A DNA stretch of 64,000 nt from Octopus bimaculoides (lineage: Eukaryota), in assembly GCF_001194135.2 (NCBI RefSeq), contig NC_068982.1, positions 113,013,321 through 113,077,320 on the forward strand, given 5' to 3'. The notes under the pieces were generated by a model. That model was given only the letters and a program-made list of their open reading frames with translations, had not been told where the DNA came from and ran no database searches. Of the stretch, positions 53,363 through 64,000 are shown in pieces; position 1 is the stretch's first letter; each line of letters starts with the position of its first letter. Both the position numbers and the translations under genes were made by a program.

Positions 53363-54521
53363 CGAGGGTTGGCTGAAAGGTTCATGGGTTGCTTAAGATA
53401 ATCTCACGGAATGTTACTAAATTTTGTATCTTAACGCAATACTCCTTGCAGTCCACAGAATTCTTCCATCGATGATGCGATGCTTGGATCGCGTTGGTGA
53501 AAAAGCTTTTATTCTGTCATGGAAAAAGCCATCAACTGCTGATATATCGTTATCATCACTGCGATATGTTTTTTCACGTAGGGGAACAAATGATAGTCAG
53601 ATGGGACCAAATCAGGAGAATAGGGAGAGTGATCAACTAATTCAAAGTCACAGTCACGCACAGAAACCATCGAAACCAAGTACTTGTGTGCTGGAGAATT
53701 GTTCTGTTGAAGTAAGATACCCCACTTTTTGTCAGTTTCCTCGTTTGGTCTTAACGGCCTAAAGGAGCTGGCATAGTGATTTATATCGGTCATTTGGGCC
53801 TTTTGAACATAGTCAATATACAGTTCCTTTTGCAGCCCCCAAATCTTAGGCTATTACCTCCCCTGCAAAATGAAACTACCTTGGCCTTGTTCGGAGCAGG
53901 TGAGGAGGCATATTTCCTTTGCATGGATTGTCTTTTGTCTTTGGCTGAGATTGATGACTCCAACACTCATCCTTGGTTAGAAAACGTTCGAGGAAATCAG
54001 ATGGAGCTTGCTCAAACACCGTCGGATTTTCCTGTCATGTGATCAGCTGGGTGTGATTTTGATCAGATGTCAGAAAACATGGCACCTACTAAGCAGAAAC
54101 CTTCGTCATGTCATGGTGTTTGCGCAGAATATCATAACTCTCTCACGGGAGATGATAAAAGCATTTGCTGTTTGTTTTATAGTCAATCGCCTATCATTCA
54201 TCACCATGTGGTGAATATTATCAATGTTTTCTTCGGTGGTGGCAGTTGCAGGACATCCAAACCTTGGGACATCTACAAGATTTGCCTTTCCCCTTAGATA
54301 AGCCCTTTTTCTGCAGTTATATCATGCTTAATTTTGTCCATTTTCAACAGACGTCGCTGCTAGTTACTTTTGAAGTCTTCTTTGAACAATCAGATGCGAG
54401 TTTACCTGGAAAGAAACACTAGAATTGTTAATAAGAATAACTGAAATTAATGCATGCAAGATTTCACAGCTTTAGTATCACTCTGTCATAGTCAGCCTAT
54501 CAAATTTTCAGCCCGCTCTCG
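53363..54521 (-). mobile_element. mariner (DD34D-type) transposon, decayed, both TIRs recognisable
   Basis: Minus-strand 'ILLQQNNSPAHK...FELVDHSPYSPDLVPSDYHLFPYVKKH'. Ends CGAGGGTTGGCTGAAAGGTTC and AAATTTTCAGCCCGCTCTCG|TA. Confidence 0.85.
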
Positions 54522-56109
54522 TATTGGGAGCAGAAAATAATGTCTTTTGTAAGTTTTACAATGTTAGAATATATATTAAATTATATGATCAATGCGATTA
54601 AGGTGCATATATACATAATACATATATGCATGCATAGATATATATGTACATACATACATGCATACATTAGACAAGAAAAATATCCACGTAATTTTATGGT
54701 TAAATAATACAGATAAATGAATGAAAGTGTAAATATTAATAGTATCTCTATCGCTGTGTAATCCCATGTCAACCCTGGGAGAGTTGACGCACAGATAAAT
54801 AATAGCGTTTCATCTTCTCCTAACTCCATATATTTTTCAGATTGTGTTTCTAGTTTCCGTTTTCTAAGGTCGCTCTTTTATTCACAGATTACCACCTGTG
54901 AATGATGTTTGCCCTTATTCTTTACTGGCTAACGAGTAAACTCGTTTTCATCATGACGAGAATCATTTCATGGATTATGACAAGTTGTAATTTTAATTAT
55001 CAGATAAGCATTGTTGGGTTTAATTTAGATAGATATTTTCTTGTGCATACATATGGAAGCATAAGTTTACTTATGAATCACGTGGTTCGTGCTCAACCAC
55101 GCTACAGCAAGAGTGTCAAATCAACCAAACACTTGTGAGTAATATATAGTAGAAAGAAAATTTATAGAAACTGTGTGTTTGTCGACGAGGGATAATCAAA
55201 ATCGATGCGTAAATTTAACATATCTTATGGTTTTTAGTTCTGTCTAATTTATATCCATTTCAATAATGGTATACCTGCATTTTTGTCTCTTAACTGATCA
55301 TTCAAATTTGAAGTAGACAAAGGCTGGGGGTCGATATGATCGACAAAAACTAATGAACAGTGTGCCCTATGAAAGTAGTAAAAAAATAAAATAATATCAC
55401 TGACTCCGTATGAGGGAAAGCATTGTACTTTAGCGAATATTAAGCTTGATTATTCGTAAATATAATACAAAGGAATATTAAAGCATTTATTCACATCATG
55501 GCTTCACAAGAGGCTGCATATTAATATTCACTATTTATATAACAGCTACCATTAAACTGTTGGTTAATTTCATATCCATCATGGAAACCAGTTCTGTATT
55601 TCCTTTTCAATTTTACTGAATAAAATCCTCCATTTTCTTAATTACTCTACCTGGATTCAGTTAAATATAATGTAATCATTATTCCTTCATATAATAAACT
55701 TTCATAAAATATAGGATAATAAACATTTATGCATGAGAATAATCTTTTTTTCTAAAAATAACAAATGGCTTATAAGGAATTTTAAATTTTCAACGTAAAT
55801 GTTCAAGCTATTTAATCAACATATAGTACATATTTCCTATTTTAATCTATGAAAGCAATGCAGTTTATTAAAAAGATTATATTCGAAACACGTTAAGTCA
55901 TAAAATTTCCATGTATTAATAAACCAGTCTTACATCAGCATATTTATACACACGCGCATATACACTTAGACAGAAAGCAACGAAAACACGAGACGTTGAT
56001 AGATGCATATACATGAAATGTATGTATGTATGCATGTGTCAGCCTGTGTGTGCCCCAACTCAATGTCTCTCCTTGCGTGAAATCATTCTGACGACATAAT
56101 GCAGAATAA

Positions 56110-56810
56110 ATGGTGCTATGTATGTTATTCTCTTTCCGTTTTTAATTTAGAATGAATTGTCATGGGCAACCTACTTGGTAGTATGGTTGTGAAGGAAAAC
56201 GCCTAGTTTTGTTCATCATCATTTAGATATTAAGATCGTCTTGCATATTTTCGCAGTCTCACATATTACGCTCATTTGTAGTATATGATTTAAGGCTTTG
56301 CCTTCTCTCCTCAAAAACCCACTTTTAGCTATACTTTGCTCCAGTCGTATCCCGTTGTTCCACTAATAACAGGTATAAAGCTAAAAGTATATCTTGGGTA
56401 CTGGATTTGCAAATTCCTTATTGTTGATTGGCCATAGATATCCTCTTTCACTTGAATTTGATTATCTCTACACAGAACATATCGCCTTCTTGTAGTCTCA
56501 CACACAAATGTTTTAATTTTTAAGCGCCATTAATATTCTTTTGACCAATGATGGCTCAATATAGTCAACTTTCTTTGTAGGTATTTTGTTCTTTCTTTTT
56601 TGTTATCCTGTTCCAGACTGTTCTGATCACCGTATCATGCCTCGCGGGAAGAAATCTGGAAAACATTATCTCGCAATTGGCAATAATGCAGTTGGTGTAA
56701 TCAGTTATGGTCTTATACGCTGTAGTTACTTGGTGGCGGATGTATTTTTCTTGGATTTCATGAAAGTAGCTCTTATTTCATACTTCTGCATTAACTATCC
56801 TAATTTTGTT
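56110..56810 (-). mobile_element. R4/Dong-like non-LTR retrotransposon 3' part (copy 2)
   Basis: Minus-strand 'CIIANCEIMFSRFLPARHDTVIRTVWNRI' and 'EDIYGQSTIRNLQIQYPRYTFSFIPVISGTTGY', homologous to the 20.6-21.7 kb copy. Confidence 0.7.
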
Positions 56811-57870
56811 AGTTGAATTCATGGTCACAAACTTGGGTAAGATAATTACTTGTTTCTTTCCTCTGCTGTAGATGTTGTTTCAGAGTGAGAATACGCGTTT
56901 CATATGACATCAATGCAAATTTGAGACTACGACCACCATCCTTGTTTTTCTCCAGTGATGTTGAAGTTCCCTGTAACATTTTGGGAAAGAGGTGGAAGTC
57001 AGTAAGTGCTAAATCTGGCGAATAGGGCGAGTAAATAAGCAATACAATATTGTTTGTGGCGATAAGCTGGCGAGTGAGAAGAGATCGGTCAGGGTGTGCA
57101 TCGTGTTCGTGAAGATTCCAATTCTTCACGCACCACAGACCTGGTTACTTTCTCCGAATGACCTCCCTCAAACGCTTCAAGACGTCACAGTACCACTCTC
57201 GGTTAAAGGTCTGGCCCTAGAGGTCCAATTCGCGATGCGGATGTTGAAAACAACGAAGAGCATGTACTTGAATGTGACGACTGCTACTTCCTCTCAGGGT
57301 CATATCTGTAGACCCAACTTTCGTCACCGGTGATTGGTCATCAGCTACATGCTGACGATTGTCTTGACAGATGTCGACGCGATGTTCTTTCAGCTCAGTG
57401 ATCAGCAGGCGGGGGGCAAACTTGATAAAAACACACTTCATGTTCAATTCAGAAGTTAGAATTGCCTGCATGGACCCATACAATAGACCAATAACATTAA
57501 CAGCGTCCGTGATTGTCCTCCGACAATCCTCATGCTCGTGGCAGGTCTTCCAGATCACTCATCGTCTTCCAGTGACGTTCTTCCACTTTCGAATTCCGCA
57601 TGACACTCGAAATATTACGTACGACCTAATGCCTCGTCACCGTAAGCCTACCGAAACATGTTCAATGTCTCTGTTGCAGACGTCCCAATTTTAACGAAAA
57701 AGTTTACGATGATTCTTAGTTCCAACTTCCTGTCTATGACAAAATCGCAAACTACATTATACACGTGATCACAGAAACACAAATTTCACAACTTGCTAAG
57801 TAAACACAGCAATGTCACTCGGCACACTGCCTCAGGAAGCTAACTCTCACACACAACCGTCTATCGACGC
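56810..57870 (-). mobile_element. mariner-type transposon remnant
   Basis: Minus-strand 'RRTITDAVNVIGLLYGSMQAILTSELNMKCVFIKFAPRLL' (HTH/linker, cf. WVPRLL) and 'YSPYSPDLALTDFHLFPKM'. Confidence 0.8.
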
Positions 57871-57992
57871 GCCATATAACTACTTTGGGTACCTTTTGAT
57901 GGTATGTTGTATGTCTTCGTATTTCATGTTGTTTACGTTTTGGGACGTCCTGTACCCATATATGCATATATATATATATATATATATATATA

Positions 57993-58734
57993 NNNNNNNN
58001 NNNNNNNNNNNNNNNNNNNNNNNNNNNNNNNNNNNNNNNNNNNNNNNNNNNNNNNNNNNNNNNNNNNNNNNNNNNNNNNNNNNNNNNNNNNNNNNNNNNN
58101 NNNNNNNNNNNNNNNNNNNNNNNNNNNNNNNNNNNNNNNNNNNNNNNNNNNNNNNNNNNNNNNNNNNNNNNNNNNNNNNNNNNNNNNNNNNNNNNNNNNN
58201 NNNNNNNNNNNNNNNNNNNNNNNNNNNNNNNNNNNNNNNNNNNNNNNNNNNNNNNNNNNNNNNNNNNNNNNNNNNNNNNNNNNNNNNNNNNNNNNNNNNN
58301 NNNNNNNNNNNNNNNNNNNNNNNNNNNNNNNNNNNNNNNNNNNNNNNNNNNNNNNNNNNNNNNNNNNNNNNNNNNNNNNNNNNNNNNNNNNNNNNNNNNN
58401 NNNNNNNNNNNNNNNNNNNNNNNNNNNNNNNNNNNNNNNNNNNNNNNNNNNNNNNNNNNNNNNNNNNNNNNNNNNNNNNNNNNNNNNNNNNNNNNNNNNN
58501 NNNNNNNNNNNNNNNNNNNNNNNNNNNNNNNNNNNNNNNNNNNNNNNNNNNNNNNNNNNNNNNNNNNNNNNNNNNNNNNNNNNNNNNNNNNNNNNNNNNN
58601 NNNNNNNNNNNNNNNNNNNNNNNNNNNNNNNNNNNNNNNNNNNNNNNNNNNNNNNNNNNNNNNNNNNNNNNNNNNNNNNNNNNNNNNNNNNNNNNNNNNN
58701 NNNNNNNNNNNNNNNNNNNNNNNNNNNNNNNNNN
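57993..58734. other. Assembly gap (N run)
   Basis: Direct reading. Confidence 1.
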
Positions 58735-58968
58735 TATATATATATATATATATGTATATGGTAAAATAGAATGGTTAAAAGACAGTATAGAACTATATTA
58801 TATGCTCGCACTCATGGTGAACAGGGGAGAAATTATTTCAAATGCATAATTCGTAGCAACTCTACTTTTATAATATCTAGAGTTGTAGGAATTATTTAAT
58901 TATTGTTGTGGCTCAACATATACTTGGACACATATATGCATATTTATTTATATATTGAAACATATGCC

Positions 58969-59038
<70 letters not shown>

Positions 59039-62000
59039 CATAAATAAGTTATATATTTGACATATTTGTTTGATGTAAGAAAACCCTGCAATCCTTTTTT
59101 TTTTTGGCTTTATTTTATGTCCTCATGTAGACATATTCATCCGTTACACACCATTGGAAATATTTCTAGAATCCCTCCACTTATAATGTAAGTTTTATCA
59201 ATGCGAAATACAGTGCTGTTTCACACTAATGTTTTGAAGCTTTTAATGATCGATGATTTCCTAAACTCTTTCATAAATGCTTAATGTCAATATAGGACTA
59301 TATAATCTTTTTGTTTTTTATACGAACTTATTTTGTTTATAATCATAATGACATAGAATATTTTTATAATGGGTTCCATGTTGTACGTCTACTTGTCATT
59401 AATAACAAAGTTCCAGGTTAAAGTAGAATCTAATTCTATTGATGCTTCCTTTTGTTCAGAATCATTTTGGAAAATGAAATGCATTAAAATGAATTCACTG
59501 AGTTAAAATTGAAAGCTTAAGCGAATTATTAAAGGGAACTGAAGTGATAGAATAAAGTTAGGAAGGTTATTAATTCTAAAAAAAAAAAGAAAAAATATGC
59601 TTCCGTATTTTACGTGCATAATTTTTAAATACATTATTATTCAGTATTCGCATTTCTGCTTACATATAGAAACGACATAATATTGAACATTCATTGTCAA
59701 CGTAAAGTAGGTTATTATGCTAGAATCGAATATGATAGAAATCTGACAACCCCAACTGTTTCCGAAGTGTTTTTCCTGAATGGGTTTTCATGTAAAAAGT
59801 TGCAAGAATGAGTAATGGATAATTAGAGGAAAAACATTATAGGAAAATATATGAATAGAAAAGAATTAAAAAAGAAGAAAGAAAATTAAAACAATATGTT
59901 TATTTTCCACCAGAAATATATCACCGCATTTTACTGGACATTTATATATTTTAATAAAACCGCTTTTATCAAAATGCAAGTTGCAGGATTGGGAAAATAT
60001 ATGAATCGTTTCACGTATATAACTGCGGCATATATTAGAATGTAACGTGTCCGTATGTTTATTTAGTTGAAATATTCATTGACTGATTAATTACTTAATA
60101 TCTTTATTTCTTAATCGATAATATAGCAAGGATTTGGTGATAGGACATATTTGTATACTTTAAGCAAAGTGTAGAAACAGATTGAAAGAAGTTAAGAGAA
60201 AAGAAGAAAAGTGAGAGCTAGTATCACTTATCTCTAGATTGTTATTCTTTCATATCATACCGTTAAAACCAGTGTCAATATTTAATTTAAAATATACAAA
60301 TGTGTTCTGTATTTAATATATCGATGTAATCACAAATTATAGCGAATTATATTCGATTGAATAGTCTCTAAGGAATCACTAAAGTTTACTTTAACGACTG
60401 TACGTAAAAGTCGAAGTCGATAATACCTGCTTTGAAAGCCAGATTGTAAAGGGAGAAAACTAAATAAACGAAGCATTTAGTTCGGTCTGCTAACGTCCTT
60501 GTGTATTAAGATCACCAGTTAACGAGAACCTTTACGTAGTGGTTCTGCCTGTCAGAAATAGAAGTTGCAACCATTGTCATAAAAATCGAAAGAAGTCTCA
60601 TTTCATAGTGTATACTTGGATAAATTATGCTCGAAAAATAAGCAGGATGGTCATAACTGGAACAACAGGGATAATTATAGGCCTGCTGGTGTTGAGGTTA
60701 GTAAGAACAACAAACTCAAAAATTCCACTCCCAGTTGTACAAAATGTCAATTTCTTTACAATAATATTTGAATCATGAGCAAATATTTTATACATATTAG
60801 AATTAAAGAATAATACTGTGTTAAATTCATTACTTTGCATTAAGCAACAGCTTCTTAATTAATTAATATATAACAATTTATTATCCAAGATTAAAATATT
60901 CCCTTTTATATAATATTCTCATCTATATAATATTAAATTCAGACACATATACTCATGTAAGATACATGGTGTACATTTTAGAACTCTGCCAACGCGAGAT
61001 ACGTAAACGGTTAGACGCATACACACATACATTAGCACACATGCATGCACACGAGCACACACGCATACGCACATACATACAAACAAGCAAACGTAGATTT
61101 ATACGCACACATATATGCGTGTTTGTATATAGCTATTTTCGTACACCAAACGAGTGAAAGTTTATACAGTATAACTATTACAGCTTAGACATTAAGGCAA
61201 AAGCTGATTCTTCTCCGCGCAAGACTTAATAGGAATCTAGGCTATTAAAAAACATGAAATAAGGCAACTCTCATTCATCAGTAGTGATTGGCTACATGGT
61301 CAGAGCATGCTCTAATAGAGCTGTTGACATTGCAGCATCATTCTTTGTGAGTTGATGCAGGTTACTTTTATGATGAGCAGACAGAAGATAACGACAGTTA
61401 GTTGACTTTACGGGAAGCGACGCTGTCCCGCATTGATTCGAAAATTAACTATCGATTCATACTGTGGCGACAAAAGAATAACATTTGGCACTTCTTATTC
61501 GCAGAATCTATTGCTCATATGAGAATATCAAATTTCTAGGAGAAACGTTCAATTCATTTTCTTCAACCGATGGCCTATAAGTGTACTATTTCTGTGATAT
61601 TCAAGGTTAATACTCAATTTTGAGAAACTCCAAAGTCTATATGTGGAATTAGCTGCATATGTTAAGGGGAAAAAAATATTTGTATCCTATTTTGAATGTA
61701 TTTTCACTATGTCCTTATAAATTCTATCAATGGCAACGTGTGTGCTATATTTTCTATACATAACACTGCATTAGTGATTAATTCTGGATAATTCTCCAGT
61801 TGTCAGCTAGCTATTCAGGTGGGAAGTAGATTAGGGTGTATCTAGTTTTGAAGTAAGATCTAGGAAGCGATGTTATGAAGGCACACCAATTCAACTTGAT
61901 GTTGATATCGAACATACTATATATATATTTAGAGATGGAAAAGGATTACATAATACAAACAGAAAATAGTTATGCTTATGGTTACCATCTCGTTCTAGGG

Positions 62001-62328
62001 ATGGTGTATCAACTCATGATTTTCTTGGAACTTTCTATAATTATTTTATCATTAGCATCAATAGCTAACTTTTAAGACACTGCATTAGATCAGGCCACCA
62101 ACATAAACCATTCATACTGAAAGAAAATAGGGAAACCTATATAGATAGCTTCTATCATATATAACAATCTTTTTGATGGCAGCAATAAAAGTACGTCAAA
62201 CACACAACTAAACTTCTTGTAACTGATTTTAACGATGAACTAAAGCGGACCTAATTTAGAATGAAAATGCTGTATAAAGTAACAACCACTTGAGAAAATA
62301 GCTGAACCAGGGAGCTGGAGAAAACTTA

Positions 62329-62367
<39 letters not shown>

Positions 62368-62509
62368 CACACACACATACACATACACAAACATGCATAC
62401 AAATATTACGTACATACATACATACATACATACATACATACTTACATAATACAAACTTACATGCATACATACATACATTCATACATATATACATACGTAA
62501 ATACACACA

Positions 62510-62990
62510 TAGGTTGTCACAAAAACAATATACAATGCCAACCGGAAAAAAAGGCTCTCCTGGAATATAGAGAGCCTCCCTGTCAATGAATACGAACACA
62601 AATATCAGCAGGAAGACTGGTGGAATAAAACACCTGTCAAGTGTAAGCATAATAGGCCAGATATTGTTGTTTAGGACAGACAAGAAAATATATAGAAGTC
62701 AGCAGCCCCGTTGATGTGAATATCTCTTAGAAAATCAAAGAGAAAGAAGGTAAATATGGACAACTACTTCGAAACGTCCAGCTTCTATATCCGAATTACA
62801 AATTTACATATGTTCCAGTAATGATCGATGACTTGGTTTCGTAAGTAAGTGACTAACTCTTAGCCTCGGCAAGCTTAGATTTTCTGAAAAAGAAATCAAC
62901 CAACTGATTTGCATATTACAAATACGCTCTGTAAGCAGAAGAGTAAAACTGTACAAGTCCTTTCTCAAGTTTAAAATGTGACATTGTTTT
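62510..62990 (+). mobile_element. R4/Dong-like non-LTR retrotransposon 3' end (copy 3)
   Basis: 'KTIYNAN...DWWNKTPVKCKHNRPDIVV...IEVSSPVDVNIS.KIKEKEGKYGQLLRNVQLLYPNYKFTYVPV' (RLE PD-(D/E)xK domain). Confidence 0.8.
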
Positions 62991-63339
62991 ATGCATACAT
63001 ACATACGTACATACAAGCATACATGCATGTATGTATGCATACATATATACATACATACATACATACATACATATAAAATACTGAGACCACGCAATGGAGA
63101 TTCAAGCAGCAAGCCTGTAAAGCATGGGCACGTAACTTCAAAAGTAAAATTTCAATCTTGTCAGAATGTATCTCACAGAACGTTTGGTTTGTTGTATGTC
63201 TCCACTATCCTGTTTTTGTTACCAGCTTTTACCCTCCGGAAATCTCAAATTTTCTTTTGGTTCGCGGGAGCAACTGCCTTTCGAAGCCTCATATTGTCGT
63301 TCAATGCTCGAAATGAGGAGTAGATGGACAACCGACAAC

Positions 63340-63466
63340 TGATGAAGTGTCGTGCTTTATGTTACTTGTCTTGTTTTCCATTTGCTTCTCTCGGTATTTG
63401 CGTACCCAAGTTTGTATTCGTATTTCATGTTGTTTACGTTTTATGACGTCCTGTACCTATATATGC

Positions 63467-63475
<9 letters not shown>
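63340..63475. repeat. Interspersed repeat terminus running into (TA)n; second copy at 57885-57965
   Basis: TTCGTATTTCATGTTGTTTACGTTTT..GACGTCCTGTACC.ATATATGCAT is shared by both loci. Confidence 0.75.
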
Positions 63476-63546
<71 letters not shown>

Positions 63547-63547
63547 G

Positions 63548-63578
<31 letters not shown>

Positions 63579-64000
63579 GTATGAATGTACATATATGTAT
63601 GTATATATGCATATATTTTTGGTAATTTATATTATTATATGATTGAACGCCAAGCATCCATTTCAAGCAGGTTTATCTTATATATGTGTGTGTGTGTGTG
63701 TGCGTATGTTTGTGTGTGTGTGTATGTATGTATGTATGTATGTATGTATGTATGTATGTATGTATGTATGTATACAGTATTTGTTTATTCATTTCATTGC
63801 AATACTCGATATTCTAAGTCAACAACCAATCATACGGTGAAGGATTATTCACTGTACTTTGAATACTTTGTGTTGTCTCAGGAATATTTACTTGATAATA
63901 AAATTGCGTACGTGAATAACCTAGAACTATATAATAGAGATGTTATGTGGCGATGTTATTACAGTGATTTCATTATGGATTGAAGTAAACAAGTTACAAT

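Noticed and set aside
56586-56816. Plus-strand ORF with an apparent splice acceptor
   Set aside because: The minus strand encodes R4/Dong retrotransposon motifs, which explain the sequence.

Overview
Very AT-rich eukaryotic (animal) genomic DNA, packed with microsatellites and containing six assembly gaps. The SINE sequences and repeat landscape look like an Octopus genome (inferred from recognition, not a database search). I could not identify any intact or recognisable protein-coding gene. The long ORFs in the supplied track are microsatellite or N-run artefacts, or decayed transposon fragments. The window is best read as intronic or intergenic sequence. It holds many tRNA-derived SINE copies, decayed non-LTR retrotransposons (RTE, CR1/L2-like, three R4/Dong-like 3' ends, one CRE-like 3' end) and DNA transposons (mariner, Tc1/maT-like, pogo/Tigger, a long-TIR deletion derivative). 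The most notable unexplained features are three RNA-structure signals. (1) A tandem pair of hairpins at 43.7-44.0 kb shares conserved ends, helix/bulge geometry and compensatory changes around variable interiors. (2) A near-canonical Penelope-type hammerhead ribozyme lies inside a ~43-bp inverted repeat at 40.15-40.30 kb. (3) A ~290-bp nested foldback element lies at 42.3-42.6 kb.
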